DNA of 63,976 bases, the filler included, from Octopus bimaculoides (taxonomy: Eukaryota): assembly GCF_001194135.2 (NCBI RefSeq). It is 6 parts of 5 records of this genome, joined end to end, with 100 filler letters (N's around TTAATTAATTAA, not from the genome) between each part and the next. Parts side by side here need not be neighbours in the genome. Positions count along the whole stretch, not along the records: positions 62,747 to 63,976 come from NW_026346389.1; 5 more parts are not named here. The stretch is one strand, 5' to 3'. Position 1 is the first letter of the stretch. The number at the start of each line of letters is the position of its first letter. The translations under genes and the position numbers were made by a program. The notes below the pieces were generated by a model. It did not search any database. It saw only the letters and a program-made list of their open reading frames with translations, and was not told the origin of the DNA. Shown here piece by piece: positions 63,437 to 63,976 of this stretch.

Positions 63437-63723
63437 ATACAGTTCTATATTTAAGAGATGAGGAATTATGTACGTTATTTACATTATTTACATTATTTAC
63501 ATTCGACGAATATTTGTCGATTCACATAAAGCTAAAAGAGTAGCCGAAAGGGCAGGACATGCCCTCGTCCGTGAGAGGATCCATTACAACCGTTGGAAGC
63601 CCACGGGCATATGGCGTAGTGATTAAGAGCGCGGGCTACTAACCCGAGATTCCGAGTTCGATTCCAAGCAGTGACCTGAACAATAATAATAACATCGAAA
63701 AATACCTTAGGAATGAGAACCTG
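63437..63723. mobile_element. Second locus of the tRNA-headed fold-back family (inverted tail plus truncated head)
   Basis: 63437-63518 = minus-strand tail matching 46589-46645; 63599-63723 = plus-strand tRNA head (tggcgtagtg, gagttcgattcc) matching 46810-46948. Confidence 0.8.
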
Positions 63724-63976
63724 GATCTTTCTGATTTGGCGGGCGCCACTTGTTTTCTTAACGAAACACTTTCAAACTTGGGACACTGGTAGAATGTGTC
63801 ATATAAAACATCTTTTACTCTTAGTGTTATTGAGAAAATTTTATCTTTTTAAAGTTATTTCGTGTTAGAATTGTTGTATTTCGGTAATTTCAACCAATCA
63901 CTGACGTCTATTGAGGTGAAAAACAATTACTGCTGTGGAATGTAAACAACACGTTCTAGCGGTGTAATGGGATCTT

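Overview
AT-rich, microsatellite- and transposon-saturated animal genomic DNA from a gappy draft scaffold. The SINE/LINE families look like octopus (coleoid cephalopod); this is inferred from repeat content. The only host gene I can support is part of BRCA2 on the minus strand: four coding exons (28505-27545, 25453-25275, 18460-18332, 7988-7917) that splice in frame through canonical AG/GT sites. They encode the region upstream of the DNA-binding domain plus the helical domain ([26 protein letters not shown]). The BRC-repeat exons and the OB-fold exons are not visible in the window. The rest is tRNA-derived SINEs, decayed LINEs (RTE, Tx1, R4-like, CRE-like, CR1-like), mariner/pogo/hAT/piggyBac/Helitron remnants and a decayed Naiad-type Penelope-like element (PLE). 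The most unusual signal is three unrelated families of minimal hammerhead-ribozyme motifs, two of them in fold-back (inverted) elements. One fold-back element (46589-47065) joins a tRNA-derived Pol III head to a hammerhead and is flanked by a 12-bp target-site duplication, suggesting a PLE-mobilised, ribozyme-carrying SINE-like element. Most ORFs in the supplied track are microsatellite or N-gap artefacts.
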